DNA from: Felis catus
Lineage: Eukaryota
Assembly: GCF_018350175.1 (NCBI RefSeq)
Contig: NC_058368.1
Location: 118,050,001 to 118,114,000, forward strand
Direction of reading: 5' to 3'
DNA: 64,000 bases
Positions 12,138 to 24,150 of the stretch are shown in pieces (the stretch's first letter is position 1; every line of letters begins with the position of its first letter). Below the pieces are notes generated by a model that was not told the DNA's origin, made no database searches, and saw nothing but the letters and a program-made list of their open reading frames with translations. The position numbers and the translations under genes are program-made.

Positions 12138-12652
12138 AATTTGTTTGAGCCAGTATTTCGAAACTGGAATGTTTTATGTCAAAATCTGGAGAGCTGACTT
12201 TTTTTAAAAAATTATTTTTAATGTTTATTTATCTAGAGAGCATGCACATGCACACACACACACGCAAGAGAGAGTGGGGGAGGGACAGAGAGAGGGGGCA
12301 CAATCTGAAGCAGGCCCCAGGGTCTGAGTTGTCAGCACAGAGCCCAACACGGGGCTCAAACTCACTAGCCATGAGATCATGACCTGAGCCAGACTTGGAC
12401 GTTCAACCGACTGAGCCACTAAGGTGCCCCTGGAGAACTGACTTCTGTTGACATATCAGAAGAACTGGGGACACGGGTCTGTGTCCCCTTGTAGTAGCAA
12501 TTGGCTGGTACCCAGTCAAGCCTGCCCCTTAAGTGGTCTCTGCGTTACCCCTGTCCCCACCTGCCCGTCTCACGTCCAACTCTGAGTCCTACTCTCTCCA
12601 CAGAGCTCCCATACTTATTTATATTTGCAGACGTTTCCATTTTCAACCCCTG
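12138..12652. mobile_element. hAT-Charlie element (MER102-like) split by a CanSINE
   Basis: AAAATCTGGA..ATCAGAAGAACTGG..CAATTGGCTGG..GCCTGCCCC motifs. Confidence 0.6.
12201..12430 (-). mobile_element. CanSINE
   Basis: Full body; TSD TGGAGA(G/A)CTGACTT. Confidence 0.97.
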
Positions 12653-13075
12653 GGTTAAGGTTGTATAGTATTCACAGATAGTGGTATTGATAAACATGTC
12701 AGGCACTTTTCCTCTGAAATAGGGACTCTTTTCATCTCCATTTTCTGTGTAAGGTCCTTACAGCAACGGAGAGGGCAAATACTCACATGAAGTAATGCAG
12801 ACAGGGTTTGAGCTTTGCCTCTACCCAGAGTCTGTGCTTTGGTGACTGTATTACACCTCCTCCCCTTCAGGTCTGGGGGTTTCCTCCCACCCAGTTAGAG
12901 ATTCTGTGGGAAAGCTGATAATTAGAGCAGAAGAAATTACGGTACTGTAAGAACCAAGGGTGAAAAAGTCAACCTAATAGCCCATGTCTGTTTTTGCCTG
13001 TACACAGAGTGGACAGTTCTTGAGCATAATCATTTTTCTACAACTATTTGTTGACTGGAAAATAGACCAGCAAGA

Positions 13076-13300
13076 GTTTTTGTTTGTTTTGTTAGTTTTT
13101 TTTTTTAAGTTTATTTATTTTGAGAGAGAGAGAGGCAGAGAGAGGAGAGAGAGGCAGAGAGAGGAGAGAGAGAGAATCCTAAGCAGTCTCCACAGTGTCC
13201 GCATAGAGCCTGATGTGGGGTCAAACTCATGAACCATGAGATCATGACTTGAGCAGAAGTCGAGTCAGACACTTAACCAACGGAGCCACCCAGGCGTCCC
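13076..13300 (-). mobile_element. CanSINE
   Basis: Full body ending GCCACCCAGGCGTCCC. Confidence 0.95.
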
Positions 13301-13334
<34 letters not shown>

Positions 13335-13401
13335 AAAAAGCTGTACATCTATGTGGGATTGAACTCATAACCCCAAGATCAAGATCAAGAGTCCCATGCT
13401 A
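13301..13401 (-). mobile_element. Short CanSINE with (GTT)n tail
   Basis: (GTT)n then GAACTCATAACCCCAAGATCAAG..GAGCCAGCCAGGTGCCCC. Confidence 0.85.
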
Positions 13402-14897
13402 CTGAGCCAGCCAGGTGCCCCAGAAGGAGTTATCCTTGAAGAGAGAAGAGAAATCTGAGAACATTTCAAAAAATGAATTGGTACCTAGTATGTGTTTAAA
13501 AAATTTTTAATTTACTGAATTTGCCTCTTCCCCCTGATTATTGGACGAAAGGGCCTTTTTCTAGCCAGTATCTCTAAGGATTTTTTTTTTTTTAAATGAT
13601 ACAATCCTGGCTCATTTCTCAGGCAAGTTTATTTTAAAGTTCCCAGGATTCTCTTTAAGTGGTTTGAGATTTGGAGCTAGTGATAGCAAGCACAGCTGAA
13701 AAATGAGGTTTCGGCCTGGTGATTGTCTAACCAGGTGGGTTGGGGTCCTTGAACTTTAAGAAGCTTTTGTATTTCCAGCTGTGCCAGGGGGATTAGTGGC
13801 TTAGTCCCACCTCATGGGAGCAAGTTTTATTGTTACCTCTTATAAGGCTGAAACCATAATGCCATGGTTTTTTACACAGCGCCATCTGCCACAGGATCTC
13901 ACCGTGCTTACTTAGAGGTCCCCCCCCCCCGCCCCCGCCCAGTCCCTCCCTCCAAATAAGTTCAGATCTGGAAAAGCGAATGCACTTTGGATGTAGCAAC
14001 AGATGTGCGTGGTAATACGTTAAAATGCAATTGGTTGGTTGTCCATCAGTTGTGTGGTCATTGAACATCTGATACAGGCCAGGCAGTGTGCTAGAATGTG
14101 TGCAGTGTCAAGGAAGAGAATCGAAATGTGGTTCCTGTCCTAAGGGACCTGGCTGGTCAAAGTAGACAGAAAGCACGCAAAAAGTACAACAGCCACAGGA
14201 AGTAAAAGAAGTTAGTAAGAATAAGTAGAAGAGAGAACATGCAGGCGTGAGTCATTTCCAAAGGCAGGCTGCAGATGTGGAGTAGCAGGGTGTGAATTCT
14301 CTTTGGTAAGGTCCCTCTTTGAGCAGCAGCAGAGCCCAGAAGGAATGTGCTTGCAGCCGCACAGTGAGAGGGGCGCTTCGAGGGGGAACAAAGCTGCTTG
14401 TGTAAGCGCCAGGGGGAGTGCTGTCTCTTCAGCGGGGTCCGGAAATTCATTCTGTAACAAAGAACTGTAATTCCGAGTCAATGACACCTTCTCAGTCCTC
14501 ACAGACTATGCCCAAAATTATAGAGGAGGCATGGCGAGCTAGTTCCGTTCAGCCCGAACTGGATAGCCGTATACTTTGCTCAAATGCCTGGGATCTGGTG
14601 GAGATGGGCCGGCAGCCAGGAGATACAGCAAGTCGATACAGGACTGGGAGAGCTCTGATGCTGGAGCAGATAATGAGGAAGGGCCAGGGTTTGAAAGCAT
14701 GACCTCTTAGTCTTCCTGTGTAATGAACGGAACATAATGGAGGGCTGAGATCTGAGACCGTAGCGCACCTGTGTCTGTGCCCAGCCGGGCTGCATCTTTG
14801 CATACCTTGAGTATGCTCTGTGGGAACTTCACAGCCTTCTGGCCACCTTTACGGCTTCGTGAAAAGAGTAGAAGGCAAGAGATCCTCTCTAAAGTAG

Positions 14898-15331
14898 AGA
14901 GGCGTGTGGCTTAATGGGTAAGGACTTGAACTTCAGTGTTAAGACCTAGCTACCCCATTTACTAGCTGTGTGGCCTTGAGCAAGTTGCTGACCCTTTGTG
15001 AGCCTCAGAAACAGGAAAAAAAGGGCGCCTGGGTTGCTCAGTCTGTTGCGTGTCTGACTCTTGGTTTCCGCTCAGGTCATGATCCCAGGGTCGTGAGACT
15101 GAGTCCCCTGTAGGGTTCTGTGCTGAGCGTGGAGCATGCTTAAGATTCTGTCTTCCTCTGCCCCTCTCCCAGGCTCATGTGCATGCACTCTTTCTCTCAA
15201 AAAAAAAAAATGGGAAGAAAAAAGATGATAGTACCTGTAGGGTTATTGTGGAGACTAAAATATAGAGGATAGGAAAGCACTTAATGTGTATGGCACATGT
15301 GAGTGCACAGTAAGTCAAATCTTTTATTATT
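14898..15331 (+). mobile_element. MIR split by a CanSINE
   Basis: ACTAGCTGTGTGGCCTTGAGCAAGTT before the SINE; ATAGTACCTGTAGGGTTATTGTG after it. Confidence 0.8.
15023..15210 (+). mobile_element. CanSINE
   Basis: GGGCGCCTGGGTTGCTCAGTC head to poly-A. Confidence 0.95.
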
Positions 15332-15650
15332 AAAGGAGATGATCGTAAAGAGAAATGTTTTAAATTGCTTTTTCCTTCTGTAAGTTCTGGACCTGGATGA
15401 GACAGAGTGGGGATTCTTCTATTCTTCTCCCTTAGTTCTCCACCTCAGTCTTTGAGAAGATAGGTAACTCATGCAATGGATAGGAGGTGGGATGAGGATT
15501 TAGAGAAAGGCCCTTGTCTCCATGCCCTCATAACCCAAACTTACTTAAAACTATGAAAGGTCAGCTCTCTGAAGGCGTGGGTGGGACACTGCTGCCCAGG
15601 GACCAGAATATGTTATTTCTCACCCCTTAGAGAACCTTAGAAATCGTAGA

Positions 15651-15995
15651 ACAATGCTTCTTAAGCACTAGCATACAAAAGAGTCACCTGTGATTCTGCT
15701 TTTCTTTTTTTTTTCTCTTCTTAAATCTTTGTTTATTATTAAGAGAGAAAGAGAGTGAGAGAGAGAGCTTGCACATGTGCAGGCGCACATGTACAAAAGA
15801 GCACGGGAGGGGCAGAGACAGGGGAACGGAGGATCTGAAGCAGGTTCTGTGCTGACAGTACAGAGCCCGATGTGGGGCTCAAACTCATGAACTGTGAGAT
15901 CATGAGTGAGCCACCCACTTGCTCCGAGATTCTGCATTTCTGACCAGTTTCCAAATGATGCTACTGGTTCTCAGACCACATTTTAAATAGCAAAG
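15651..15995. mobile_element. MER5B-type hAT MITE split by a CanSINE
   Basis: GAGATTCTGCATTTCT..GATGCTACTGGT..GACCACATTTTAAATAGCAA. Confidence 0.7.
15700..15925 (-). mobile_element. CanSINE with partial head deletion
   Basis: Body jumps GAGATCATGA|GTGAGCCACCC; GATTCTGC on both flanks. Confidence 0.9.
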
Positions 15996-16234
15996 TCCTG
16001 AAAGGCCTTGGGTCCTTGAGTCCTGTGGCATGGTTGAAACCTCTCTAGAATAATTTAGTGAAAATGCTCATCCAGTTCTGCCTGAACACTTCTAAGGATG
16101 ACAAGCTCTTTCTGTATCCAGATGGCAGATGTGATGAGAATGTGTCTCTTTTACTGAGCTGATAGATCCATGCGTTGATCCTAGTTCATTACTTTGACAG
16201 CAGTGGGGGTGGGGATATGACACAGATAATCCCG

Positions 16235-16446
16235 AGGAGGCTTTTAACCTGGTTTTGGTCTTAGGGAAGAAGTCCATGAATGGGCCTCCACCATACTGAT
16301 GGGGTCGGGGTGGGGGGGCGCCAACCCCCTGAAAATGTCTATAGAGTTTTGTTTGCATGTACATTTTCCTGGGAAGAGTTTCCATAGCTTTAAATAATTT
16401 TTCAAGGGTATCTGTCTATTCTCCCTAGACCATTAAGGACCATTGA
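16235..16446. mobile_element. hAT-Charlie MITE
   Basis: AACCCCCTGAAAAT..CATTTTCCTGGGAAGAG..CCATAGCTTT..TTAAGGACCATTG. Confidence 0.6.
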
Positions 16447-16949
16447 ATTCTTTTTCATAGAATGTTGTATCCCACACAAATCTATTTGGAAGGCTAGACC
16501 CTCCTTAGTCTCTGTATTTCTTGTCTCTTTTTAAATTTGTTTTATAGAATTCTTTGTGTAGCATGGTTTCAGATACGCCGTTAGTCTTGCCAATTTTTCC
16601 TAGTTTATCTGGTCCCTCTAAGATTGTGTCCCCCCTGCCCCCGAACCATGTACAAGTTAAACTCCAGGAATCATCTAACCAAGAGTGTGTGACATCTCTC
16701 TTTAATTTGACTTGAGACTTCTCATAGTTCTTCCTAAAAGTGCACTTCTTTGGAAACCATAGTGTGCTGGACAGTACTATCGATTTGGAATGCTATGTTG
16801 CATACTAAGAAAAAAGAAGAAAATTTAACATTTAAAGGGAATTGTTGGTATATGTAACAAGGCACAGGCCTAGGGGTGGTACTACCTTCAGGTGAGGCTT
16901 GATCCAGAGGCTCAGACCACTTTGACCAAACACCCAGTTTCTTGTTCTG

Positions 16950-17730
16950 TCTTCTCATAGTCAGGTCTCAAGTCTTTTTCACATGTACCATGCTGAGCCC
17001 CATCTTCCACCATCCTGAATTCTTTGTATTGGTTTTTGGATCATGTATGCAGCACCTGATATTTATTACTATGAAGTACCTTGTCAGACCATAATCCTGA
17101 TTGTACCATCTCCCCCTTTGTCTCCGCGTCCAGCTTAGGGTCATCTTCAAATCTGATCAGTGTGCCAGCAAAGTAATGATGTTGAATTAGACAGGGTCAA
17201 GGCCAGAGCCACAGCACACACACCCCCCCCCCCCCGCCCCCCGATACTTCTGCCCGGATTGGTGTTACATACCTTTGAATGTGGATGAACATATCTCAAA
17301 GTGCATTCTGAAGGACCCTAGTCTATAGGATGGTCCTCAAAAATGGACCCATATTATAATCAAGTGTAGTTGGATATGCTACATATCTGCAATGCTTATA
17401 TTAGAAATTCTGATGAAAGAAATTGTTAGAACTAGTTTTCCAACAGTATTTGACCATTAAATTCTCCTGCCCCGCCCTGCTATGTGACTCCTAATAGTAA
17501 TAATCTGTAAACAAATATGCTAGAGAGCACAGTCTGACAAATGCTCATGTAGATGTTCCAGTTATCAGTTACTTGTTTTATCATCTGGCCCAGATTCTTC
17601 CATTGTTGACCACAAGGGTAAAATAGATGTTGTAAATGCCTTGCTGAAAACCAGTTGACCTTGCCCATCTATCACCCCTTCAGAAGAGAGACTATTTTCA
17701 ACTGAACACTGTTTGTCTGGGATGGCTTTC
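16950..17730 (-). mobile_element. CR1/L3 LINE reverse-transcriptase fossil, interrupted
   Basis: Minus strand reads FSKAF (~17634-17648), GSGLDPV*FNI (~17178-17210) and LIRFEDDPKL (17131-17160), matching CR1 RT motifs FSKAFD, GSVLGPVLFNI and LIKFADDTKL. Confidence 0.8.
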
Positions 17731-17894
17731 AACCTAAATCTGCCAGGTGAAGCCTGAGTGCCTTGGATGGATGTTTTTTGGGTGTTTTGGTAAAAGCAGA
17801 ATCCACATGTACTTGAAGGTGCTCAGGGAAACCCAAAGCTGGGGTGGGCAGGGTGGAGGGGGAATCGTTCACAATAATAAGGGTGATTGGAAAC

Positions 17895-18180
17895 AACAAT
17901 AACAACAACTCGAAGCTACTGAACCTTTACTTTGTGCCAGGGATACCACTCAGTGCTTCTTATATAATACTTCACTCTTTGCTCACAGGAACCCGTACAT
18001 ATGAGTTGGGCGATACCGTTGTCCTCATTTTATGAATGAGGGGCCTAAAGCATCAGGAGCTTGAAGAGTTACTCAAGTGGACACAGCAAAGGAGACATGG
18101 AGCTGGGCGTCAAACCCATGTCGGTTTTTTTTTTTTTTTTCCACAATCATGTAGTTCATTAAATGCTGACTTTGATTATG
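17895..18180 (-). mobile_element. MIR
   Basis: TACTTTGTGCCAGG..CCTCATTTTATGAATGAGG..ACACAGC. Confidence 0.75.
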
Positions 18181-19809
18181 ACATGGTATTTCGTGAAGAT
18201 GAAGACACATTCCTTCCCCTTAAGGGACTGGCACTTTATTTGGGGGAAGGTTTTTGTAGTTTAAGGCATAGAATACTTACTAGGCAAATAGAAGCAAATG
18301 CATGAAAATAGAACGCCAGATGCCGCACTGGTGGCCTGCTCAGACCTCCACAGCCGAATCTCTATAGCTTGCTTTTGAAAACCCACTTGCCCATGAATGT
18401 CTCCCTCCCATTCTTCCACATTATCTGTTGTCACAAATTCCCTTCTTAGTCTTCATCTTCCCCCTTGTCCCCTTGACCTCCACTTGTCCCCAGGGGAAAC
18501 CACTAACCTCTTGGCCTCTTTAGTTTTCGGTCTGTGCGAATCCCCAGCTGACATTCACAGCACTTGGAGGTGACCTAGTTTGAATGAAATGCCGGCTTTT
18601 CAGTTATATCTTCAATAGGCTGAGTTGGCAGCTTGTCAGCAGGCTTATGTCACCTAATGACTGTGTCAATTCCCTTCTTGTCTGGCTTCCTGTTAGTAAA
18701 TATCCTCAGGATGCTCTTGGAACCCAGAAGGTGTAGGAGGCCTGGTAAGGGAGCCAAAAAGAAAAGAGGAAAAAGAAAGGGGGAGAAAAGGAGAAAAGAC
18801 TTGCCCTTCCTTGCAGAAAAAAAAAAAATTACAAATACAAACGAAGTATACCAGAAAAAATAATTCCCTAAAACAGAGGGAGACTGAGGGTGTCTCCCTA
18901 TGGAACAATTTTTGCTCCAAGGAAGAGCTTGTTTCTTTAATTTTTTTTTTTTGACCTGTTCTGATCTCATTTATCTCCACCTCCTGCCCCCCCCCTCCCC
19001 CCCCCCTCCCCCCAGGCTCTTCCTTCCTGTTTGGCACTTTTAAAATGGTATTACTTCTCTTCCACAATAGTGACCTGCTGGGAGTAATAGCAGAGACATT
19101 TCCTCTCCTGTGGCTCTAGTTGTCTTTTTAATAACAATCCCCACCCCACCCCCTTTCCCTCTGCTGCTCTTCATAAACATTTTCCTAAGACTTGGTGGAA
19201 AAGCTTCAGGTGTGCCCGTTAGGTCTTGCAAAGGTTAGCCATGTTGGCGGCTTGAGCCACCCCCCCACCCCCTTCCACCACCCCCTGCCCACTCTTTCCT
19301 GGGGACAGCAGCATCCAGATTTCTGCCCACTGCCCTCCTTTTGAACTGTAGCCTCAGGTTTGGATGGTGCACTCTCAGAGGTTTGGCTCTTATATTTGCG
19401 GGTAACAGTGATTCTGTGAGCTCATTCTCTTGGGAGTTGCTTTAGGGATTCTAGGCCCTTTCGGCCCTGTGATGGTGGGTCAAGTATCTCAAACAACAGT
19501 GGAGGTGCTTGCCTGTCCAGCCTTGCCTGAGGCCAGACAAGGTCATCTTTGGAGGCCCGGGCAGCCCCATGGTTCTCTCCAAGGACTGCCTCTTCAGAAG
19601 GCAAAGTTCATGTTTGCACAAACCACCAGAACAGATGAATTGGATAGAATTCTCCGTATGTCCCTTCTTCTAAAAACATGGATTCATAATCCTGAAGTTT
19701 AGTTTCAAATGTTCTACCAAAACACCACTATTTTAGTGAATGTATCTCTCCCAGGGTTGAAAATCCTAAGGTCACAATCCTTCAGCCCTTCCTTCCTTTG
19801 GCTAATTAG

Positions 19810-20220
19810 TTCATTCCTTAATTCATCCATTTGTTTCTTTATTTAATAAAGCATTTGTTGAACACTTCATTGCCAAGTGCTGGGTGAACAAAACAGAAAA
19901 GTTCCTGCCTTCGTGATGTTTATGGTGCCGTTGGAGAGACAGACAGTCATGTGCCTGAGCACTGAGAATCCTGCCATGCAGTGAATGGTGGGGTTGCCTG
20001 TATGGAGAAGTGATGGGAGACCTGGAGGGGGTTGCCAGGCCTGGCCCACCAGAGGTAGTGACCTGTGAGCCCAGATGGGAAGGATAAGGAGCAGCCGAGT
20101 AGAGTGTCCTTGGCAGAAACGAGCTTGCCACTTTCTAGAAACTGAGAGGAAGCCAGGGTGGCTGGAATGAAGAGGGAGGTAGAAAAATGAACTTAGAAGG
20201 GTAAGCAAGGCTCGGGTGTT
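19810..20220 (-). mobile_element. L2 3' part
   Basis: (TTCA)-like tail, ATTTGTTGAACAC, GTGAACAAAACAGA..CCTGCC. Confidence 0.75.
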
Positions 20221-20346
20221 GAAGTCTTAACGTTTTCAAAAAAGCATACAAAATGTGTACCTAACTCCATAGTCTTTAAAACACATACATAGAAACCTGG
20301 GATACAGTAAAACTCAGTAAACATTAGCTATTTCAAAGACGTTTTA

Positions 20347-20552
20347 GGGGTGCCTGGCTGACTCATTCAGTTGAGCCTCCAACTTCGGCTCAGGTCATGA
20401 CTTCGCGGTTCGTGGGTTTGAGCCCTGCGTCTGGCTTTGTGCTGACAGCTCAGAGCCTAGAGCCTGCTTCGGGTTCTGTGTATCTCTCTCTCTGTGCCCC
20501 TCCCCCACTCACCCTCTCTCTGTCTCTCAAAAATGAATAAACATTAAAAAAA
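20347..20552 (+). mobile_element. CanSINE
   Basis: Full body and A tail. Confidence 0.95.
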
Positions 20553-20573
20553 TGTTTTTTAATTACTATTCCA

Positions 20574-20749
20574 GGGGTCAGCTGAGTGGCTCAGTCGGTT
20601 AAGTGTCCGACTTCTGTTCAGGTCACGATCTCAAGGTTTATGGGTTCAACCCCCACCTCGAGCTCTGTGCTGACAGCTCAGAGCCTGGAACCTGCTTCGG
20701 ATTCTGTGTCTCCCTCTCTCTCTCTGCCCCTCCCCTGCTCACACTCTGT
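20574..20749 (+). mobile_element. CanSINE lacking its A tail
   Basis: Head and (CT)n present; ends at CTCACACTCTGT. Confidence 0.9.
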
Positions 20750-20754
20750 TATCT

Positions 20755-21300
20755 CCAGTGTGCAGGCACTATGCTAGGTGTGGGGGAGCTATGCAGGATC
20801 AGCCCACTCATTCCCCTGGGGAAGGAACCATCTAGCTGCGGAGTAGGGCTTCGGTAGACACAACTCCACTTTAAAATAGTTCAACCAGAGGAAGGGTCCT
20901 TGCCCCAAAGTGGGGCTTCAGAGAGAATATCCTAGAGGAAGTGATGGCTGTATGACTCAAGAAGATAGTAAGAATTAGCCAAGGATAGGCAGGACTTTCC
21001 AGGAGGTAGGAAGAGTTAGCAAAGGCCTGGAGGGGGAAACAGTGTGGAAAGTGAGTGGGAACCACAAGCAGTTTGACCAGACCAGGGAGGAATGTGCCAC
21101 GGGGTGGGGGGGCCGACGCTGTAGAATGAGACAGGGATGGTGTGCCTTCCTGGGGAGTGTGGCGTGGAGTCCATGGGCCACGAGGCCACTGAACGACCTC
21201 TGGAAGGGCGTTCTGTGGTTGATTTGGGTTGGGTGGGGTAGTGACGTGCCACAGCAAGGTAGACTCAGGAGGCTGTTGCTCTTGTGTGGGTGAGAGGTAT
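20755..21300 (-). mobile_element. L2 fragment
   Basis: CAGGCACTATGCTAGG..TAGAGGAAGTGATG..GCAAAGGCCTGGAGG. Confidence 0.7.
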
Positions 21301-22479
21301 TGAGAGCAAAAGTAGGGCTGTGTAGTGGTTGGTCTAGAGAGGAGGGGGTGGGCGAGAGAGAAATTAGAAGGTGGTATGCAAAGGCTTTGGTGGAAAAGGC
21401 TCCATGGGGGACACATCCCAGGAGAGGCGGGCTTTCAGGGATGGTGGGACGCTGAGGACAAAGGTATTATTCAGTGATCTTGGCATTGCCTCTGCCTGCC
21501 CCCACACCCGATGTGTCCTGAGTGCTGAGTTTTGTTTAGGGACCAGGACATCCCCATGTGGGCAAACATTTCCTTAAATAGAAACCACGTGGATTTGGGG
21601 GCTAACTTCTGGGTTGCTGATGTGTGCTTATGTGTGTGTTTATAAAAAGACAGTGATGTACAAAACTTGAGTCTTTTCAACCCTGGCAGGACCTTCGGGG
21701 GGAAGAGTGTCACCATGTCAACTGCTGGGCTTGTGAGAACCTGGGTCCCAGGAGGGAGGAGGGGGATGAGAAAAAGGTATGTGGGCATCTGCCCGTACTC
21801 TGTGTATGACCGGTAGGGGACAGTTTCTGTTTGGAGTCTTTTTTGGGAAGGAATAGAACGAGCAAAAAACCACTGCTCAGTCAGATCCATGAAATTGAAA
21901 TAATTTGCATCCTGCAGATCTTCCGCCCGTGAGGCCTGCTCTGTGTGTCCCACCCTGGTGAGACTCTAAAGCTGATCCTGGAGCTGAAATGACCGGACAG
22001 AGTGAGCAGTGTGTATTGTGTGGTTATGATTTAATAAAGCATGTGTTGTTCCCCACTTGGCAACGCGGCCAAGTCGCTCTTCTAGCAGGTGGTGGGTAAC
22101 TGGACCCAAGCCCCCTGATCGTCGCTCAGGAACTCCCTGGTCCAGCCTTTGATATCAGAACAAGAGGAGAAAACAGTGACATAGGACACTTCCTGTCCCA
22201 AAGGGGATGTGATACAGGACACCTGAAACAACAGGCAGAAGGAAAGCTTCCCCAGAGCTGTTTTGGGGGAGCCAGCCACAGCCTGCCCTCCCCAAGTCCT
22301 CTAAGACCTGGTCAGCAGCGGGATTGGGCAACAGCTGTCGGACCAGGGTTCAGCTCGATGGGTTATCGTGTGTTCCCGTGTGGGCAGGGCACACACTCGA
22401 CACTGACCTCCCACCCCCTGCCCTTATGAAGGATATGATCCAGTGATGAAGTTGAATAAGCAGGCAGGCACTAAAAATT

Positions 22480-22640
22480 ATCGTGATGAGGTTTAACATT
22501 TTTTTCTAGAGCACAGAGAGGTGTTGTGGGAGCCCAGATGACATGCTCCTGAACTGTCCTGGAAAAGTCAGGGAAGGCTTCCTGGAGGAAGAGGAATCTA
22601 GGCTGGGACTTGAAGGATGAATAGGAGTTGGACTATACAC
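22480..22640 (-). mobile_element. L2 fragment
   Basis: AGTCAGGGAAGGCTTCCTGGAGGA..CTTGAAGGATGAATAGGAGTT. Confidence 0.75.
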
Positions 22641-22708
22641 AGTTGCACAGGCTCCAAAGGTCTAGGTTGAAAAGAAAGTGGAAATTTAAGCTTAAGAATT
22701 TTATCTCC

Positions 22709-22959
22709 TCTTATCTTATCTTATCTTATCTTATCTTATCTTGTCTTGTCTTGTCTTATCTTATGTTTTTATTTATTTATATTGAGAGAGAAAGAGTGAA
22801 TGAGTCAGGGAGGGGCAGAGAGAGAGGGAGAGAAAGAGGATCCCAAGCAGTCCTCACACTGTCAGCATGGAGCCTGATGTGTGGGCCTCCATCCAACGAA
22901 CCTGAGATCGTGACCTGAGCTGAAGTCAGACGCTTAACCGACTGAGCCACCCAGGCGCC
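22709..22959 (-). mobile_element. CanSINE with (TCTTA)n/(TCTTG)n tail microsatellite
   Basis: Pentamer repeats 22709-22762, then full SINE body. Confidence 0.95.
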
Positions 22960-22989
22960 GCAGATATTGTGACGTGTCTGTTCTCAAGT

Positions 22990-23232
22990 ACTCCTCCCCT
23001 AACGGTGGTGGATTTCTCAAATTCAGGAAATGTAACATTGGTACAATACTCTTTTCTCACAGTCCAGATTAAAGTGGTTCTAACGGTTTTTAATTCAGAT
23101 CAAGTCCAATCAAGGGCACATTTTGCATTAAGCTGTCATGGGTCTTTGGTGTCCTTTGATCAAGAATGGTTTTCCGGCCTTTCTCCTTCCGGCATGACCT
23201 GACACGTTTGAGGAGTCCAGGCCAGTCGCTTT
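22990..23232 (-). mobile_element. Old L1M 3'UTR fragment
   Basis: TCAGGAAATGTAACATTG..TCCAATCAAGG..TTGCATT..TGTCATG..GAGTCCAGGCCAG. Confidence 0.6.
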
Positions 23233-23244
23233 ACGGATGAGACA

Positions 23245-24150
23245 GCTTATTCACTGAAGCGTTAGGAGTGATTGCACACCTCCTGTGTGCCGGGCACCGT
23301 GCTGGTGATAGGAAGATACCTTGAGCAAGGTGGGTGTGGCCATCTTCCTTCTGGAGCCCATAGTCTAGTGACAGAGCCTGATGATAAATAAGCAGGCTAC
23401 ACAAAAGTGACACATGCTGTGGGGCACTAAGAAGAGTTCCTGGTTGGACAGAGTCTGCTCTGACAAAACGGAGAAATAAAATAGGCCTGAGATAACAGAG
23501 GGGAGAGTGTTCCTTTTGATGGGTGACTGAAGAGGGCCTCTCTCTGAGGTGGTGATATTTAAGATGAGAGCTGAAGGATGAGGAAGTGCCCATGAGGAGG
23601 CCTGTGTGGAGTGTTGGTGACAGCATGCCTGGCAGAGGGAACAGCATGTGCAAAGGCCTGGGAGTTGGGAAGTGTTGGGCTTGGCCGAGGAACTGGGAGA
23701 AGGGCATTTTGCCTGGGGGACGCGGGGAAGGAGGCATGAGGTGAGTTGCTGCTGTGGGCAGGGGCTGGTGGGGCTTATTTTAGATGCGATGGGAAGTCCC
23801 TGGAGAGTTGATAACGGGAGAGTCCTGAAATGAGATGTTCTTTATTTTATTAAGTTTATTTGTTTATTTTTGAGAGAGAGGGAGTGCAAGTTGGGGAGGA
23901 GCAGAGAGAGAGGGAGGGAGAGAGGATCCCAAGCAGGCTCCACACTGTCAGTGCAGAGCCTGATGTGGGGCTCCAACCCACCAACCTCCAAGATCATGAC
24001 CTAAGCTGAAGTCGGACCCTTAACTGACTGAGCCACCCAGGCGCCTCGAGGTGTTCTTTAAAAAGTCCACCAGCTTCTGTCTGAACCACCGCTGAGGGTG
24101 GTGCCAGGCTGGAAGGAAATCACTTCCACGAGTTAATGAGGGTATTATAC
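23245..24150 (-). mobile_element. L2a fragment split by a CanSINE
   Basis: GGCCTCTCTGAGGTGGTGATATTTAAG..GGCAGAGGGAACAGCATGTGCAAAGGCCTG. Confidence 0.85.
23845..24046 (-). mobile_element. CanSINE
   Basis: Full body; TSD GAG(A/G)TGTTCTTTA. Confidence 0.95.

Noticed and set aside
20871..21416. 181-aa Pro/Ser/Thr-rich minus-strand ORF
   Set aside because: Reads through an L2 fossil; composition reflects the repeat.
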